Shown here piece after piece: positions 1 through 9,323 of a DNA stretch of 64,000 bases (the stretch's first letter is position 1; every line of letters starts with the position of its first letter). A program made the position numbers and the translations under genes. Source of the DNA: Rhizobium sp. (GTDB lineage: Bacteria; Pseudomonadota; Alphaproteobacteria; Rhizobiales; Rhizobiaceae); NCBI GenBank assembly GCA_039593415.1, contig JBCNPI010000006.1:246-64245 (forward strand), in the 5' to 3' direction. Below the pieces are notes generated by a model that ran no database searches, was not told where the DNA came from, and saw nothing but the letters and a program-made list of their open reading frames with translations.

Positions 1-626
1 ACCGAACCGGTAGCTGGACAGGAATAGGAGAAAGCTCTCGACGATCTTTCGTGCCCGACGGTCCGGGACGAAAATTGTCATTGGACTCGTGCCGCTAGGC
101 GGCCGAGTAACGGGCGTTCCAAAGTTGCGTTACGCCAAAGCGGCGCGGGTGCTTTTCATTGCTGGCAGACCTCTGGTGGATCTGGTCTGGTTCTCCACCT
201 TAATCGCTACTCTCCGATTCTCGACTGATGTGGCCGCCGTCAGGGTGGCACTCCTGCCCGCCCTCGCATTTCAACTTTTTATGATCTACTCCAATTTGAT
301 GCCACATTCCGGCAGGCTCTATGGCGAGCGTACGGCGAACGACATGCTGGCTTTGTGGCAAATTATTGGGCGAAGGTGATTATCCAGCAATTCACTGGCA
401 GCTTTATCTCAACGCATTGCGACCCTATGCGGGTATTGAAGAGCCCGTGCTCGGCCGACAGTCGGATCGGATTGCCTATCTCCTACTAGAGCTCAACAGG
501 TTGAGCCAGAACCAGCCAGAGCAACAAACCGCGGCGCTGTTTTGGTGCGCCTGGGTCTGCATGAGGAGGCGCTGGGGATCCTTGCGGAAGCCGATAATAG
601 CAATAGCATGAACCGCTGTTTGAACC

Positions 627-1039
627 ATGCCGAGCTGCGTGTGTCGATGCGCGTCGAGATAGCCAAACTCCATATGGAGCTTGGCAACACGATGATCTAC
701 GTCACCCACGACCAGACCGAGGCGATGACTCTGGCTGACAAGATCGTGGTGTTGCGCGCGGGGCTCATCGAGCAGGTCGGTGCGCCGCTACATCTCTACG
801 ACGATCCCGACAATTTGCTTGTCGCAGGCTTCATCGGGTCGCCGAAGATGAACTTTATTTCCGCTGAAGCAAGCGCACCGCGAGCGGTGCGCTTTCCGGA
901 CGGCATGGAACTGGCTGTTCCAAACTTGTCGACGGACCTGTCCACTGGACAGAAGATCACGGTTGGTATTCGCCCGGAGCACTTGCAGGCGCGAGACGCT
1001 GCCGCGGCCATTCGGCAAAAGCAGTTTCAGCGCGCCTGA
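627..1039 (+). pseudogene. C-terminal fragment of MalK/UgpC-type sugar ABC ATPase
   Basis: [15 protein letters not shown]...[20 protein letters not shown]...[21 protein letters not shown]...GIRPEHL. Walker A, signature and Walker B motifs are absent and the C-terminus is truncated. Confidence 0.85.
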
Positions 1040-1132
1040 AAATCAATCGGTTGGCTTAGCGCATAAATGGGGTCGACGGTTCAAACTGGTTCAAGAGCAT
1101 TCACTCAATGGTGCAAGATCGGGGAGACTGTC

Positions 1133-1879
1133 CTATTCGCGGTGAACGCTCCGGCTGCTCCGCATCGCTTCAGTGAAGTCTGTCTTCGATGCCGCTTTCT
1201 CTCCCCCGAGCTTCGCGCTACCGAGCCGCCGCATGAAGTCAGCGACGAAAAGCGAGGCGTTGGTGGCCCATTTGTGCACCGCAATCGTCTGAGGAATTCG
1301 CGAAAACACTCCATCTATCACCCGGAAGCCTTCCATTCGCTCTGAGGCGTGAAAGAGGAATTCAGTCAATCCAGCTGCCGCGTCGCATTCTCGGTTGGCG
1401 AGAAAGCCGAGGGCCGCCGTAGGGCTGTCGACATGTAGCACCGTCGCCTGCTTGAGTATTCGCTCAAGCTGCTTCGTATAGGCGGCGCTGCGCGCGGAAG
1501 CGATGCGAATTCCGGTGGAATCCAGCTCGTCCGCCGTCCGGTAGGGTGAAGCTACTGGAACCAGGTAGGTGGCCTCGACTGAGATGTAGGCGGGCGAGAA
1601 GCTGAAGCGATCGGTTCTTGACGGGTCTGACGCGATGAAGGCAATGTCCCACTCGCCGCCGTCCGCAGCGGAAAGAATATCCGCCGCCGATCCGTATCGT
1701 ATGAGGGAGAGCTCCAGATTAAGTTCGCGGGCGATCATATTCGCAATGTCCGCGCTCGGTCCCACTAAGGCGCCCGCGTTTTCGTCCCAGCGGATCAATG
1801 CTGCGTTCGACATGTTGAAGGCGGCCCTAATGCCTCCAGCCGGCGCTATTTCCGACCGGACCTGATCCAGAGTGAACAT
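1133..1879 (-). CDS. SBP_bac_3 (family 3 substrate-binding fold) protein without signal peptide
   Basis: APAGGIRAAFN...GPSADIANMIARELN...WDIAFIASDPSRTDRFSFSPAY pattern of the family 3 PBP fold. No hydrophobic N-terminal signal. RBS GGGGAG precedes the ATG. Confidence 0.8.
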   Translation of the reverse strand: MFTLDQVRSEIAPAGGIRAAFNMSNAALIRWDENAGALVGPSADIANMIARELNLELSLIRYGSAADILSAADGGEWDIAFIASDPSRTDRFSFSPAYISVEATYLVPVASPYRTADELDSTGIRIASARSAAYTKQLERILKQATVLHVDSPTAALGFLANRECDAAAGLTEFLFHASERMEGFRVIDGVFSRIPQTIAVHKWATNASLFVADFMRRLGSAKLGGEKAASKTDFTEAMRSSRSVHRE

Positions 1880-1891
1880 GCTACATCTCCC

Positions 1892-2007
1892 CAGAGCGCG
1901 ATGCCGAAAACTGTAGACGGTTTTCGCACGGCATCACGCTCTACTTCTTTGATTCCAGAGCGGATTCAGATTTTTGGTCGAACAGACCTAAAATCATCCA
2001 GCTCTAG
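1892..2007. repeat. RIME-like rhizobial intergenic mosaic element (two palindromic halves)
   Basis: AGAGCGCGATGCCGAAAAC...GTTTTCGCACGGCATCACGCTCT followed by AGAGCGGATTCAGATTTTTGGTCGAACAGACCTAAAATCATCCAGCTCTAG. Matches the recalled rhizobial RIME architecture and ends in CTAG. Confidence 0.8.
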
Positions 2008-2768
2008 CGCGAAAACCTGGACGCAAGTGCTTCCGATCCTCTGGCAAGGAGGGCAACATCGACGCCAACTGCCGTGAACAGCGTTCCCTGTGCAATGCAG
2101 CGGGCCGCAAACGTCTCGTCAGGCGTCAAGATGCCTGACGGCTTACCGACCGCTTTCAAGCGCTCGATCGCATTCTCGATTGCCGAAACTACCTCGGGAT
2201 GTCCCGGTTGGCCGGGATAACCGAGGCTGGCTGCAAGGTCTGCCGGACCGATGAAGATCCCGTCGACTCCGTCGACACCTGCAATGGCTTCAAGCCGATC
2301 GAGCGCCTCTCGTGTCTCGATCTGCAGCAAGAGGCAGATTTCCTGTTCGGCGGTCTGCGCGTAGCTCGGCACGCGCCCGAAACGGGTGGCGCGGGTGAGG
2401 GCGGATACGCCGCGGATACCTCGCGGTGCGTAACGCGCAGCGGCCACGGCCGTCTTCGCCTCCTGTTCATTCTGCACATATGGAATGAGAAGCGTCTGGA
2501 CGCCGATATCCAGAAAACGCTTGATCAATACAGGGTCGTTAAAGGCCGGGCGCACCACGGAGGCGACGTCGTATGGAGCCACCGCCTGCAACTGTGGGAG
2601 CACAGTCAGGACGTCGCTGGGCGAATGCTCGGTATCGAAAAGCAGCCAGTCGAAACCGGAGGGCGCGACGATTTCCGCTGTATAGCTGCCCGGAAGGCCG
2701 CACCACAATCCGATCTGACTTTGACCGGCTCGGAGTTTTCGCTTGAAGCTGTTGACGGGGAGTTCCAT
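2004..2768 (-). CDS. hpaI: HpcH/HpaI family aldolase (4-hydroxy-2-oxoheptanedioate aldolase-like)
   Basis: [51 protein letters not shown] motifs. Confidence 0.9.
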   Translation of the reverse strand: MELPVNSFKRKLRAGQSQIGLWCGLPGSYTAEIVAPSGFDWLLFDTEHSPSDVLTVLPQLQAVAPYDVASVVRPAFNDPVLIKRFLDIGVQTLLIPYVQNEQEAKTAVAAARYAPRGIRGVSALTRATRFGRVPSYAQTAEQEICLLLQIETREALDRLEAIAGVDGVDGIFIGPADLAASLGYPGQPGHPEVVSAIENAIERLKAVGKPSGILTPDETFAARCIAQGTLFTAVGVDVALLARGSEALASRFSR

Positions 2769-2775
2769 GAGATCC

Positions 2776-3558
2776 TCACACGAATGAGACGCCGATTGAG
2801 CCGACGGGGCCGTAGTCGGCCTGGATCACGTCGCCCCGGGCGATGTCCACAGGACGGGTGAAAGAGCCGGCCAGCACGATCTGCCCCTTTTTCAAACCGC
2901 CGCCCACTGCGTGGAGCTTGTTTACCAACCAGGCGATTCCTGCTGCCGGATGGCCCATGATCGCGGCCGAAACGCCCGACTCCTCGATAATACCGTTCTT
3001 CGAAAGGGTGGCGCCTACCCAGCGGATGTCGATGTCCATTGGGCGAAAGATGCGCCCGCCAACAACGATCGCCCCGAAAGCGGCGTTGTCAGCGATCGTG
3101 TCGGTGATCGCCCTCGGAACTTCGGTGCGATAGTCGATGATCTCGAGAGCCGGAACGACGAATTCGGTCGCCCTCATCACGTCGTAGATCCGCGTACTTG
3201 GTCCCTCGAGATCCTCGCCCATCACAAAAGCGAGCTCGACTTCGAGCCGGGGCTTTATAAAGAGTTCCGCCTTGATTTGCGCCCCGTCGTTGTAGAGGGC
3301 GTCGTCGAGAATGACACCATAGTCGGGCTCGGTCATCTTGGATGCCATCTGCATTGCGCGCGATGTCAGGCCGATCTTGTGGCCTACGATCCGAGCACCC
3401 CCGGCAGTTCGAGCCTCCGCCCAGAGCGCTTGAATTTTATAGGCATCTTCAAGCTCCAGACCGGGGTAGGTCTTGCTCGGTTGAACGATTGGCTTGCGGT
3501 CGGTTTCTGCCTTCAGAAGGGCGTTGGCCGCCTCACGGCGTTCCTGTTCTGTGATCAT
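2776..3558 (-). CDS. hpaH: 2-oxo-hept-4-ene-1,7-dioate hydratase-like (FAH superfamily hydratase/decarboxylase)
   Basis: [55 protein letters not shown]. Confidence 0.88.
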   Translation of the reverse strand: MITEQERREAANALLKAETDRKPIVQPSKTYPGLELEDAYKIQALWAEARTAGGARIVGHKIGLTSRAMQMASKMTEPDYGVILDDALYNDGAQIKAELFIKPRLEVELAFVMGEDLEGPSTRIYDVMRATEFVVPALEIIDYRTEVPRAITDTIADNAAFGAIVVGGRIFRPMDIDIRWVGATLSKNGIIEESGVSAAIMGHPAAGIAWLVNKLHAVGGGLKKGQIVLAGSFTRPVDIARGDVIQADYGPVGSIGVSFV

Positions 3559-3578
3559 CGGTTCGGCTCTGTCGTTGG

Positions 3579-4472
3579 TTATTTGATTGGCGGACGCGGC
3601 AGCACAGCTTCGCCAGGCTCCATGACGTAGGTGTAGTCGAGTGAGAACCAGGGGCCGTCGGCTTCAGCCTCGGACGGATGCGGTTCGTGATGGAGGACGA
3701 AGTCGCCGGTCAGCGCTGCCGTCACTCCAAACTGAACGTCGGAAGCGATGTGCGGATCGCTTGGATCGAAGACCTGGGAAATCAGCGTCTTGCATCCCTG
3801 CTTGAAGATCAGGGCGTGAAGATGCGCTGGTCGGTACGGATGACGCCCCTGCGCCTTCAGCAGTCGCCCGACGACGCCATCGACCGGGATCGGGTATCCG
3901 ACCATCTTCACAGTCCTGAACCAAAAGCGGCCGTCGGCGTCCGTGGTGAACTTGCCCCGAAGGTTCATCTCAGCCTGATCGGGATCCTGATTTTCATAGA
4001 GCCCGACAGGAGAAGCATGCCAGACGTCGACTTCGGCACCCTCTATCGGCCTGCCGTCGCGGTCTATCACCCTGGCGCGGACATAGAGCGGCGTGCCTGG
4101 CGTGTCGGAGCGGACGATCGTGCCACCGTTTTCGACACGGGGAGAGTTCAGGCGCCAGAACGGGCCGAGAAGAGACTGTGATGTCTCCGTCTGGCCGCCG
4201 TTGCCGTTGTTCAAAAGGCAAACCAGCGAGGATACGCCGAGAGATCCGGCCATGAGAACAAATTCGTTGTGGCTGTCCGTCTGCAGTTGTCCGATCTCGT
4301 TGAGTACCGCTGTCGCTTCGCGGAACTCGACTTCGGACAATCTCACCTCCCGCACGAATGCATGGAGATGCTTCACCATTGCTACCAGGATTTCCCGCAG
4401 ACGTGGATCCTCGGTTTTTTTCATCACCGCAAGTACGGCAGGCGTCAACTCGCTCTCAGTCTTTATGGCCAT
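3579..4472 (-). CDS. Intradiol ring-cleavage dioxygenase (catechol/hydroxyquinol 1,2-dioxygenase family)
   Basis: N-terminal dimerisation helix DPRLREILVAMVKHLHAFVREV, LLGPF, VDVWHA. Fe ligands at GLYENQ, VGYPIP and RPAHLH. ATG at 4472 follows a GAGAGG RBS. Confidence 0.92.
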   Translation of the reverse strand: MAIKTESELTPAVLAVMKKTEDPRLREILVAMVKHLHAFVREVRLSEVEFREATAVLNEIGQLQTDSHNEFVLMAGSLGVSSLVCLLNNGNGGQTETSQSLLGPFWRLNSPRVENGGTIVRSDTPGTPLYVRARVIDRDGRPIEGAEVDVWHASPVGLYENQDPDQAEMNLRGKFTTDADGRFWFRTVKMVGYPIPVDGVVGRLLKAQGRHPYRPAHLHALIFKQGCKTLISQVFDPSDPHIASDVQFGVTAALTGDFVLHHEPHPSEAEADGPWFSLDYTYVMEPGEAVLPRPPIK

Positions 4473-4505
4473 AAGGGTACCTCTCACTGAGGCTAACTAT
4501 TAAAA

Positions 4506-4524
4506 ATAATCGATTATCTGTCAA
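4506..4524 (-). promoter_or_regulatory. Leftward promoter: TTGACA followed by the palindrome ATAATCGATTAT (putative GntR operator)
   Basis: Perfect 12-bp palindrome at 4506-4517. Minus-strand TTGACA at 4524-4519. Confidence 0.6.
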
Positions 4525-4659
4525 TGAATGTTGCGATTACTTTTTCCACTTGAGAAGGGAAAATCGGGTGTGAATGCCATTAACACACTGAAGAAATTAA
4601 ATTAAACGCACGAGCCAATCGGGTTTTGACTATAAAATGGGTTGGTCTTCGCTTTCTCG

Positions 4660-4680
4660 TTGACATAAATAATCGTTTAT
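4660..4680 (+). promoter_or_regulatory. Rightward promoter: TTGACA followed by ATAATCGTTTAT (second operator copy)
   Basis: TTGACA at 4660-4665, then an 11/12 match to the palindrome at 4669-4680. Further ATCGA half-sites lie downstream. Confidence 0.55.
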
Positions 4681-4724
4681 CATATCGATCATCGACAGTT
4701 GATCGAAATTGCCAGGGACTAGGG

Positions 4725-5462
4725 ATGAACTCGGCCGACGATAGCGCCTCTGCGCCAATGACAGATGAGGAGACGGCGTCCGCGGGTTTTTCGGATGATG
4801 GCAAGAACACAATGGGAAGCCAGTTGGCGTCGCGTCTCCGCGAGGCGATTATCTCTGGCGAGCTGGAGGCCGGCAGCAAGATCAATCTCGACAAGGCGCG
4901 CCGCACGTTCAACGTTAGCTTGAGCCCTCTGAGAGAGGGACTTGCACGCCTGATCTCCGACGGCCTGGTGGAGTTTCAGGACAACCGCGGCTATCGCGTA
5001 GCTCCGATCTCGCTGGCGAATCTCGAAGAAATCACGACGTTGCGCGAGGAGCTCGAAGTCTTCGCACTGCGGGAATCCATGCGTATCGGCGATGTCGAGT
5101 GGGAGGGCAATATAATGCGCTCGCTCCATCGCCTGAACCGCACAGAGCGAGATGCCTCGCGCCCTGAGACGCTCGAGCAATGGGAGGCACTTCACCGGGA
5201 ATTCCATCTCACGCTCATTTCCGGTTGCGGCAAACCGCTTCTGTTGCATTTCTGCGGCCTCTTGCTGAACCTGAATGACCGGTACCGCCGGGTCTTCCTC
5301 ATCAGGACTTCGGGCGACCGGAATGTCGGGCAGGAGCATAGCGAGATTGCGCAAGGAGCCGTCGCGCGGGATATCGAATACGCCTGCGAGAAACTGCGAC
5401 AGCACATCCACCGCACGGGGACGAACCTTCGGAATCATCTTGCGACGAAAGGGATCGTCTGA
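4725..5462 (+). CDS. GntR family transcriptional regulator (FCD domain)
   Basis: wHTH LREAIISGELEAGSKINL...VSLSPLREGLARL...GLVE..NRGYRV. FCD motifs HREFHLTL and QEHSEI. Confidence 0.92.
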   Translation: MNSADDSASAPMTDEETASAGFSDDGKNTMGSQLASRLREAIISGELEAGSKINLDKARRTFNVSLSPLREGLARLISDGLVEFQDNRGYRVAPISLANLEEITTLREELEVFALRESMRIGDVEWEGNIMRSLHRLNRTERDASRPETLEQWEALHREFHLTLISGCGKPLLLHFCGLLLNLNDRYRRVFLIRTSGDRNVGQEHSEIAQGAVARDIEYACEKLRQHIHRTGTNLRNHLATKGIV

Positions 5463-6283
5463 TGGTGGTGCCTGGATCGAGATCAGAGCAACAGATTGGC
5501 GTTGCGCACTTCTCCGCCATCTCCCTCGCGCCGAGCGATTTTGCGAAGGCCGCAGCGGGGGCGGGGTTTTCCAGGATTGGGCTGAGACTGAATCCGGCTT
5601 TTCCAGGAGCGCCGTGCTACGAGTTGCCGGTAGGCGGCCACGCAGCGGAAGAATTGAAAGCCGTATTGCGCGGCGAAGCGTTAGAGGTGTTCGATATCGA
5701 GTTCTTTGTCATCGACCCGTCGTTCAGCGTCTCGTCTCTGGAGCCCATAATGGCTGCGGCTGCCAATATCGGGGCGAAACGTCTAAGCGTTTGCGGCGAT
5801 GATCCGGAACAGAGTAGGCTGCAGTCGAACTTCACTGAATTCTGCGGCCTTGCAAGCGGCTACGGATTGGCAGTCGATATCGAGAACATGGGTTGGCGGA
5901 CGGTCAGAACCTTCGCTGACAGCGTCAATCTCCTGAAATCGAGCGGTGTGCCCAATGCCGGCGCACTCGTCGACGGAGTTCATTTCTTTAGGAACGGCGG
6001 AACCCTGGCGTCGCTCAGCGCCGTGATCGATAGGGTCAGGCATGTCCAGTTGTGCGATGTCGCCGGACCTGCTCCGAGCACGGCCGAGGCCATGATCGCG
6101 GAGGCCCGAGGCATGCGTCTTGCCCCCGGCGAGGGCGAATTGCCCCTGTGCGAACTGGTCGCAATAGCCGACGGGGCCGCAGCGATCTCGGTCGAAGTAC
6201 CCCTGTCAGGCTCGGCAGATGCGGAGGAACATTTGAAACGCCTATTCGAAGGGGCCTTACGCATATTTAAGCCGGATCAGTGA
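5462..6283 (+). CDS. Sugar-phosphate isomerase/epimerase, xylose-isomerase-like TIM barrel (AP_endonuc_2)
   Basis: DIENMGW, LVDGVHF, HVQLCD, RLAPGEGEL and ISVEVP metal-site motifs. Coupled to gntR by a TGATG overlap. Confidence 0.82.
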   Translation: MVVPGSRSEQQIGVAHFSAISLAPSDFAKAAAGAGFSRIGLRLNPAFPGAPCYELPVGGHAAEELKAVLRGEALEVFDIEFFVIDPSFSVSSLEPIMAAAANIGAKRLSVCGDDPEQSRLQSNFTEFCGLASGYGLAVDIENMGWRTVRTFADSVNLLKSSGVPNAGALVDGVHFFRNGGTLASLSAVIDRVRHVQLCDVAGPAPSTAEAMIAEARGMRLAPGEGELPLCELVAIADGAAAISVEVPLSGSADAEEHLKRLFEGALRIFKPDQ

Positions 6284-6332
6284 TTGCGGCGCCGGCGAGG
6301 CGAGAGCCGCGCCGAAGGGAGGAAGCCAAAAG

Positions 6333-7001
6333 ATGGGTTACAGGTTTGATTTTGGCGCGGTCTTCGACCGCGCTCCGGAATTGTTTTGGGGTTCGCTCGG
6401 AACGTTGGGTCTCGCCTTCGCCGGGATGCTGCTCGCTCTCATAATCGGAATTCTAGGTGTCGCAGCAAGAACCTCGAAGACTGCGTGGGTCCGCGCTCCG
6501 GTGATCGCTTTCGTCGAGGTCGTCCGCAACACGCCGTTCCTGGTGCAGATCTTCTTTATCTACTTTGCCCTTCCGCTTACGGGCATCCGCCTGAACCCGA
6601 CGGTCACCGCAATTATCGCACTGGGGATAAACGGAGGCGCCTACGCCATCGAGATCATCCGCGGCGGCGTGGAGAGCATCAACAAGGGGCAGATCGAAGC
6701 TGGTTTTGCTCTCGGGCTGCACAAGGCCGACGTCTTCCGGCTCATCGTTCTGAAGCCTGCACTAAGAGCGATCTACCCGTCTTTGACAAGCCAGTTCGTG
6801 ATGCTGACCTTGACCACCTCGGTGTGCACCTCGATCGCCGCATATGAGCTGACATCTGCGGCGCAGCGCATCGAGTCGGACACGTTCCGAAGCTTCGAAG
6901 TCTACTTCACCGTGACCGCGATCTACCTGATCATCTCAAGTTTGATGATGGGAATCTTTGCTTTGATCTCCCGTTCCTACTTCAACTATCCGACCCGATA
7001 G
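6333..7001 (+). CDS. Polar amino acid ABC transporter permease
   Basis: RNTPFLVQIFFIYF, AYAIEIIRGG, EAA loop GQIEAGFALGL. Confidence 0.93.
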   Translation: MGYRFDFGAVFDRAPELFWGSLGTLGLAFAGMLLALIIGILGVAARTSKTAWVRAPVIAFVEVVRNTPFLVQIFFIYFALPLTGIRLNPTVTAIIALGINGGAYAIEIIRGGVESINKGQIEAGFALGLHKADVFRLIVLKPALRAIYPSLTSQFVMLTLTTSVCTSIAAYELTSAAQRIESDTFRSFEVYFTVTAIYLIISSLMMGIFALISRSYFNYPTR

Positions 7002-7010
7002 GAGGCGCTC

Positions 7011-7661
7011 ATGGGGCCCATCGGCGAAAACGAGCTGTTCTTCATCCTGCAGGGTCTGAAATGGACCGTATTGCTGGCGATTATCGGTTTCATTGGCGGA
7101 GGCGTGTTCGGCATTTTGATCGCGCTTGTGCGCACGTCGAAGCATCAGTTCGCAAGGCTTGCCTCATCTGGCTATATCGCGCTCTTTCAAGGCACGCCGC
7201 TCCTGATGCAGCTCTTTGTCGTCTATTACGGCGTTGCTCTGCTTGGCATCGATGTCAACGCCTGGGTCGCTGTCGCGATCGCGTTCACTCTCCACGCAAG
7301 CGCCTTCCTCGGCGAGATATGGCGCGGCTCGATTGAAGCCGTTCCCAAAGGGCAGATCGAAGCGGCGAACGCTCTTGGCCTGCATTACGTCTCTCGAATG
7401 AAGGACGTGGTTCTGCCACAGGCTTTGAAGATCTCGATGCCTGCGACCATCGGCTTTCTTGTGCAACTCATCAAGGGGACGTCGCTTGCGGCGATCGTGG
7501 GCTTCATCGAACTGACCCGGGCTGGCCAGATCATATCAAACCAGACCTACCGCCCGCTGCTCGTCTTCGGGATCGTCGGAATAATCTACTTCGTGATTTG
7601 CTGGCCCCTTTCCCACGTCGGAAGCGGCCTTGAGAAACGGATGGCAAAAGCCGCCCGGTAA
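7011..7661 (+). CDS. Polar amino acid ABC transporter permease
   Basis: QGTPLLMQLF, GEIWRGSIEAVPKGQIEAANALGL, IKGTSL. Confidence 0.93.
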   Translation: MGPIGENELFFILQGLKWTVLLAIIGFIGGGVFGILIALVRTSKHQFARLASSGYIALFQGTPLLMQLFVVYYGVALLGIDVNAWVAVAIAFTLHASAFLGEIWRGSIEAVPKGQIEAANALGLHYVSRMKDVVLPQALKISMPATIGFLVQLIKGTSLAAIVGFIELTRAGQIISNQTYRPLLVFGIVGIIYFVICWPLSHVGSGLEKRMAKAAR

Positions 7662-7705
7662 GCCTGCTTCGGGAGAAGTAAACAACACAAGAGGAGGAAA
7701 GTGCA

Positions 7706-8530
7706 ATGAATACCAATCGCAGGAAATTTCTCGGTCTGGCTCTGGCGACCGCTACCGTCGTCGCCGTTGGCGCTACCGCAGCCGCCGCGGCATCTGTCGA
7801 GGAGATAAAGTCGAAGGGAACGCTCGTCGTCGGCATCCAAGGCGACAACGCGCCCTGGGGCTTTGTCAACTCGAGCGGCAAACAGGACGGATTCGACGCC
7901 GATGTGGCCACGCTGTTCGCCAAGGAACTCGGCGTGAAAGTCCAGTTCCAACCGCTTGCTGTCGCGAACCGTATCCCCGCGCTGACGACCGGCAAGGTCG
8001 ATATTCTCTTCGCCACGATGGCGATGACGGAAGAGCGCGCCAAGTCGATCCAGTACAGCAAACCTTATGCGGCCAACACGATTTCGCTTTATGCCGCCAA
8101 GGCTGACACCGTGAAATCGCCGGCCGACCTTGCTGGCTGGGAAATAGGTGTGCCGAAGTCGAGCTCGCAGGACAAGGCCGTAACCGACGCGGTCGGATCA
8201 AAGGCCACCATTCGCCGCTTCGATGATGACGCAGCTACTATCCAGGCCCTGATCTCCGGACAGGTGAGGGCAGTGGGCGGCAATCAGTTCTACGGGCAGA
8301 GGCTCGATGCAGCCAGCTCCGGCAAGTATGAACGAAAGATCGACTTCCTGACGACTTACAACGGTGTTGGAACGCGATTGGGTGAGAAGGACTGGAACGA
8401 GACCGTTAACGCCTTCCTCGACAAGATCAAGGGCAACGGCGAACTCGCAGCCATCACCAAGAAGTGGATGGCCATCGATCTTCCCAAGTTCCCCGAATCC
8501 ATCCCCAACATTCCGTTTACGGTCAAGTAA
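7706..8530 (+). CDS. ABC substrate-binding protein family 3 with Tat-like signal
   Basis: NRRKFL twin-arginine signal, then GTLVVG, DGFDADVA, RIPALTTGKVD, TEERAK..YSKPY. Confidence 0.92.
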   Translation: MNTNRRKFLGLALATATVVAVGATAAAAASVEEIKSKGTLVVGIQGDNAPWGFVNSSGKQDGFDADVATLFAKELGVKVQFQPLAVANRIPALTTGKVDILFATMAMTEERAKSIQYSKPYAANTISLYAAKADTVKSPADLAGWEIGVPKSSSQDKAVTDAVGSKATIRRFDDDAATIQALISGQVRAVGGNQFYGQRLDAASSGKYERKIDFLTTYNGVGTRLGEKDWNETVNAFLDKIKGNGELAAITKKWMAIDLPKFPESIPNIPFTVK

Positions 8531-8537
8531 AGCATAA

Positions 8538-9311
8538 ATGGAGGGCGCCGTGCTCAATTCCCCCAACGATCGGTCGACCTTGATATCCCTTGATAAAGTG
8601 GAGAAATGGTACGGCTCCTTCCATGCCCTGAAGAACATCAATCTGTCGGTTCGCAAGGGAGAGAAGATCGTTCTTTGCGGACCGTCCGGTTCCGGTAAGT
8701 CCACCCTGATCCGCTGCATCAACGCTTTGGAATTGATTCAGGGCGGTAAGATCGTGGTGGAAGGCCAACAGTTGGACGGCACAACCAAGGCGGTCGACGC
8801 CATTCGACGCGAAGTCGGAATGGTTTTCCAGAACTTCAATCTGTTCCCTCACATGACCGTCCTGCAAAACTGTGCGCTTGCACCCATGAGAGTGCGGGGC
8901 GCAAGCCGTGCCGATGCCGAGAAGTTGGCACGAAAATATCTCGAGCGCGTTCGCATCCTCGATCAAGCGGAAAAGTATCCGGCACAACTCAGCGGTGGAC
9001 AGCAGCAGCGCGTCGCCATCGCGCGCGCCCTGTGCATGGAGCCGAAAGCGATGCTTTTCGATGAGCCCACCTCCGCCTTGGATCCCGAAATGGTGAAAGA
9101 GGTTCTCGACACCATGATCGGCCTGGCAAGAGACGGCATGACGATGATCTGCGTCACCCATGAAATGGGCTTTGCCCGCCAAGTCGCTGACCGGGTCATC
9201 TTCATGGCTTCCGGAGAGATCATCGAGGAGGCGCAGCCTGACACCTTCTTCAAGAACCCCAAGCATGAACGGACGAAGGCATTTCTCGGCGAAATCCTTG
9301 CGCATCACTGA
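8538..9311 (+). CDS. Polar amino acid ABC transporter ATP-binding protein
   Basis: [43 protein letters not shown]. Confidence 0.96.
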   Translation: MEGAVLNSPNDRSTLISLDKVEKWYGSFHALKNINLSVRKGEKIVLCGPSGSGKSTLIRCINALELIQGGKIVVEGQQLDGTTKAVDAIRREVGMVFQNFNLFPHMTVLQNCALAPMRVRGASRADAEKLARKYLERVRILDQAEKYPAQLSGGQQQRVAIARALCMEPKAMLFDEPTSALDPEMVKEVLDTMIGLARDGMTMICVTHEMGFARQVADRVIFMASGEIIEEAQPDTFFKNPKHERTKAFLGEILAHH

Positions 9312-9323
9312 TCGGGCAGAGAC

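Noticed and set aside
89-611. Short overlapping ORFs with LGEGDYPAIHWQLY and [15 protein letters not shown] (heme-oxygenase-like or TPR-like hints)
   Set aside because: The motifs are too short and split across frames. Probably a decayed gene, but the family cannot be supported.
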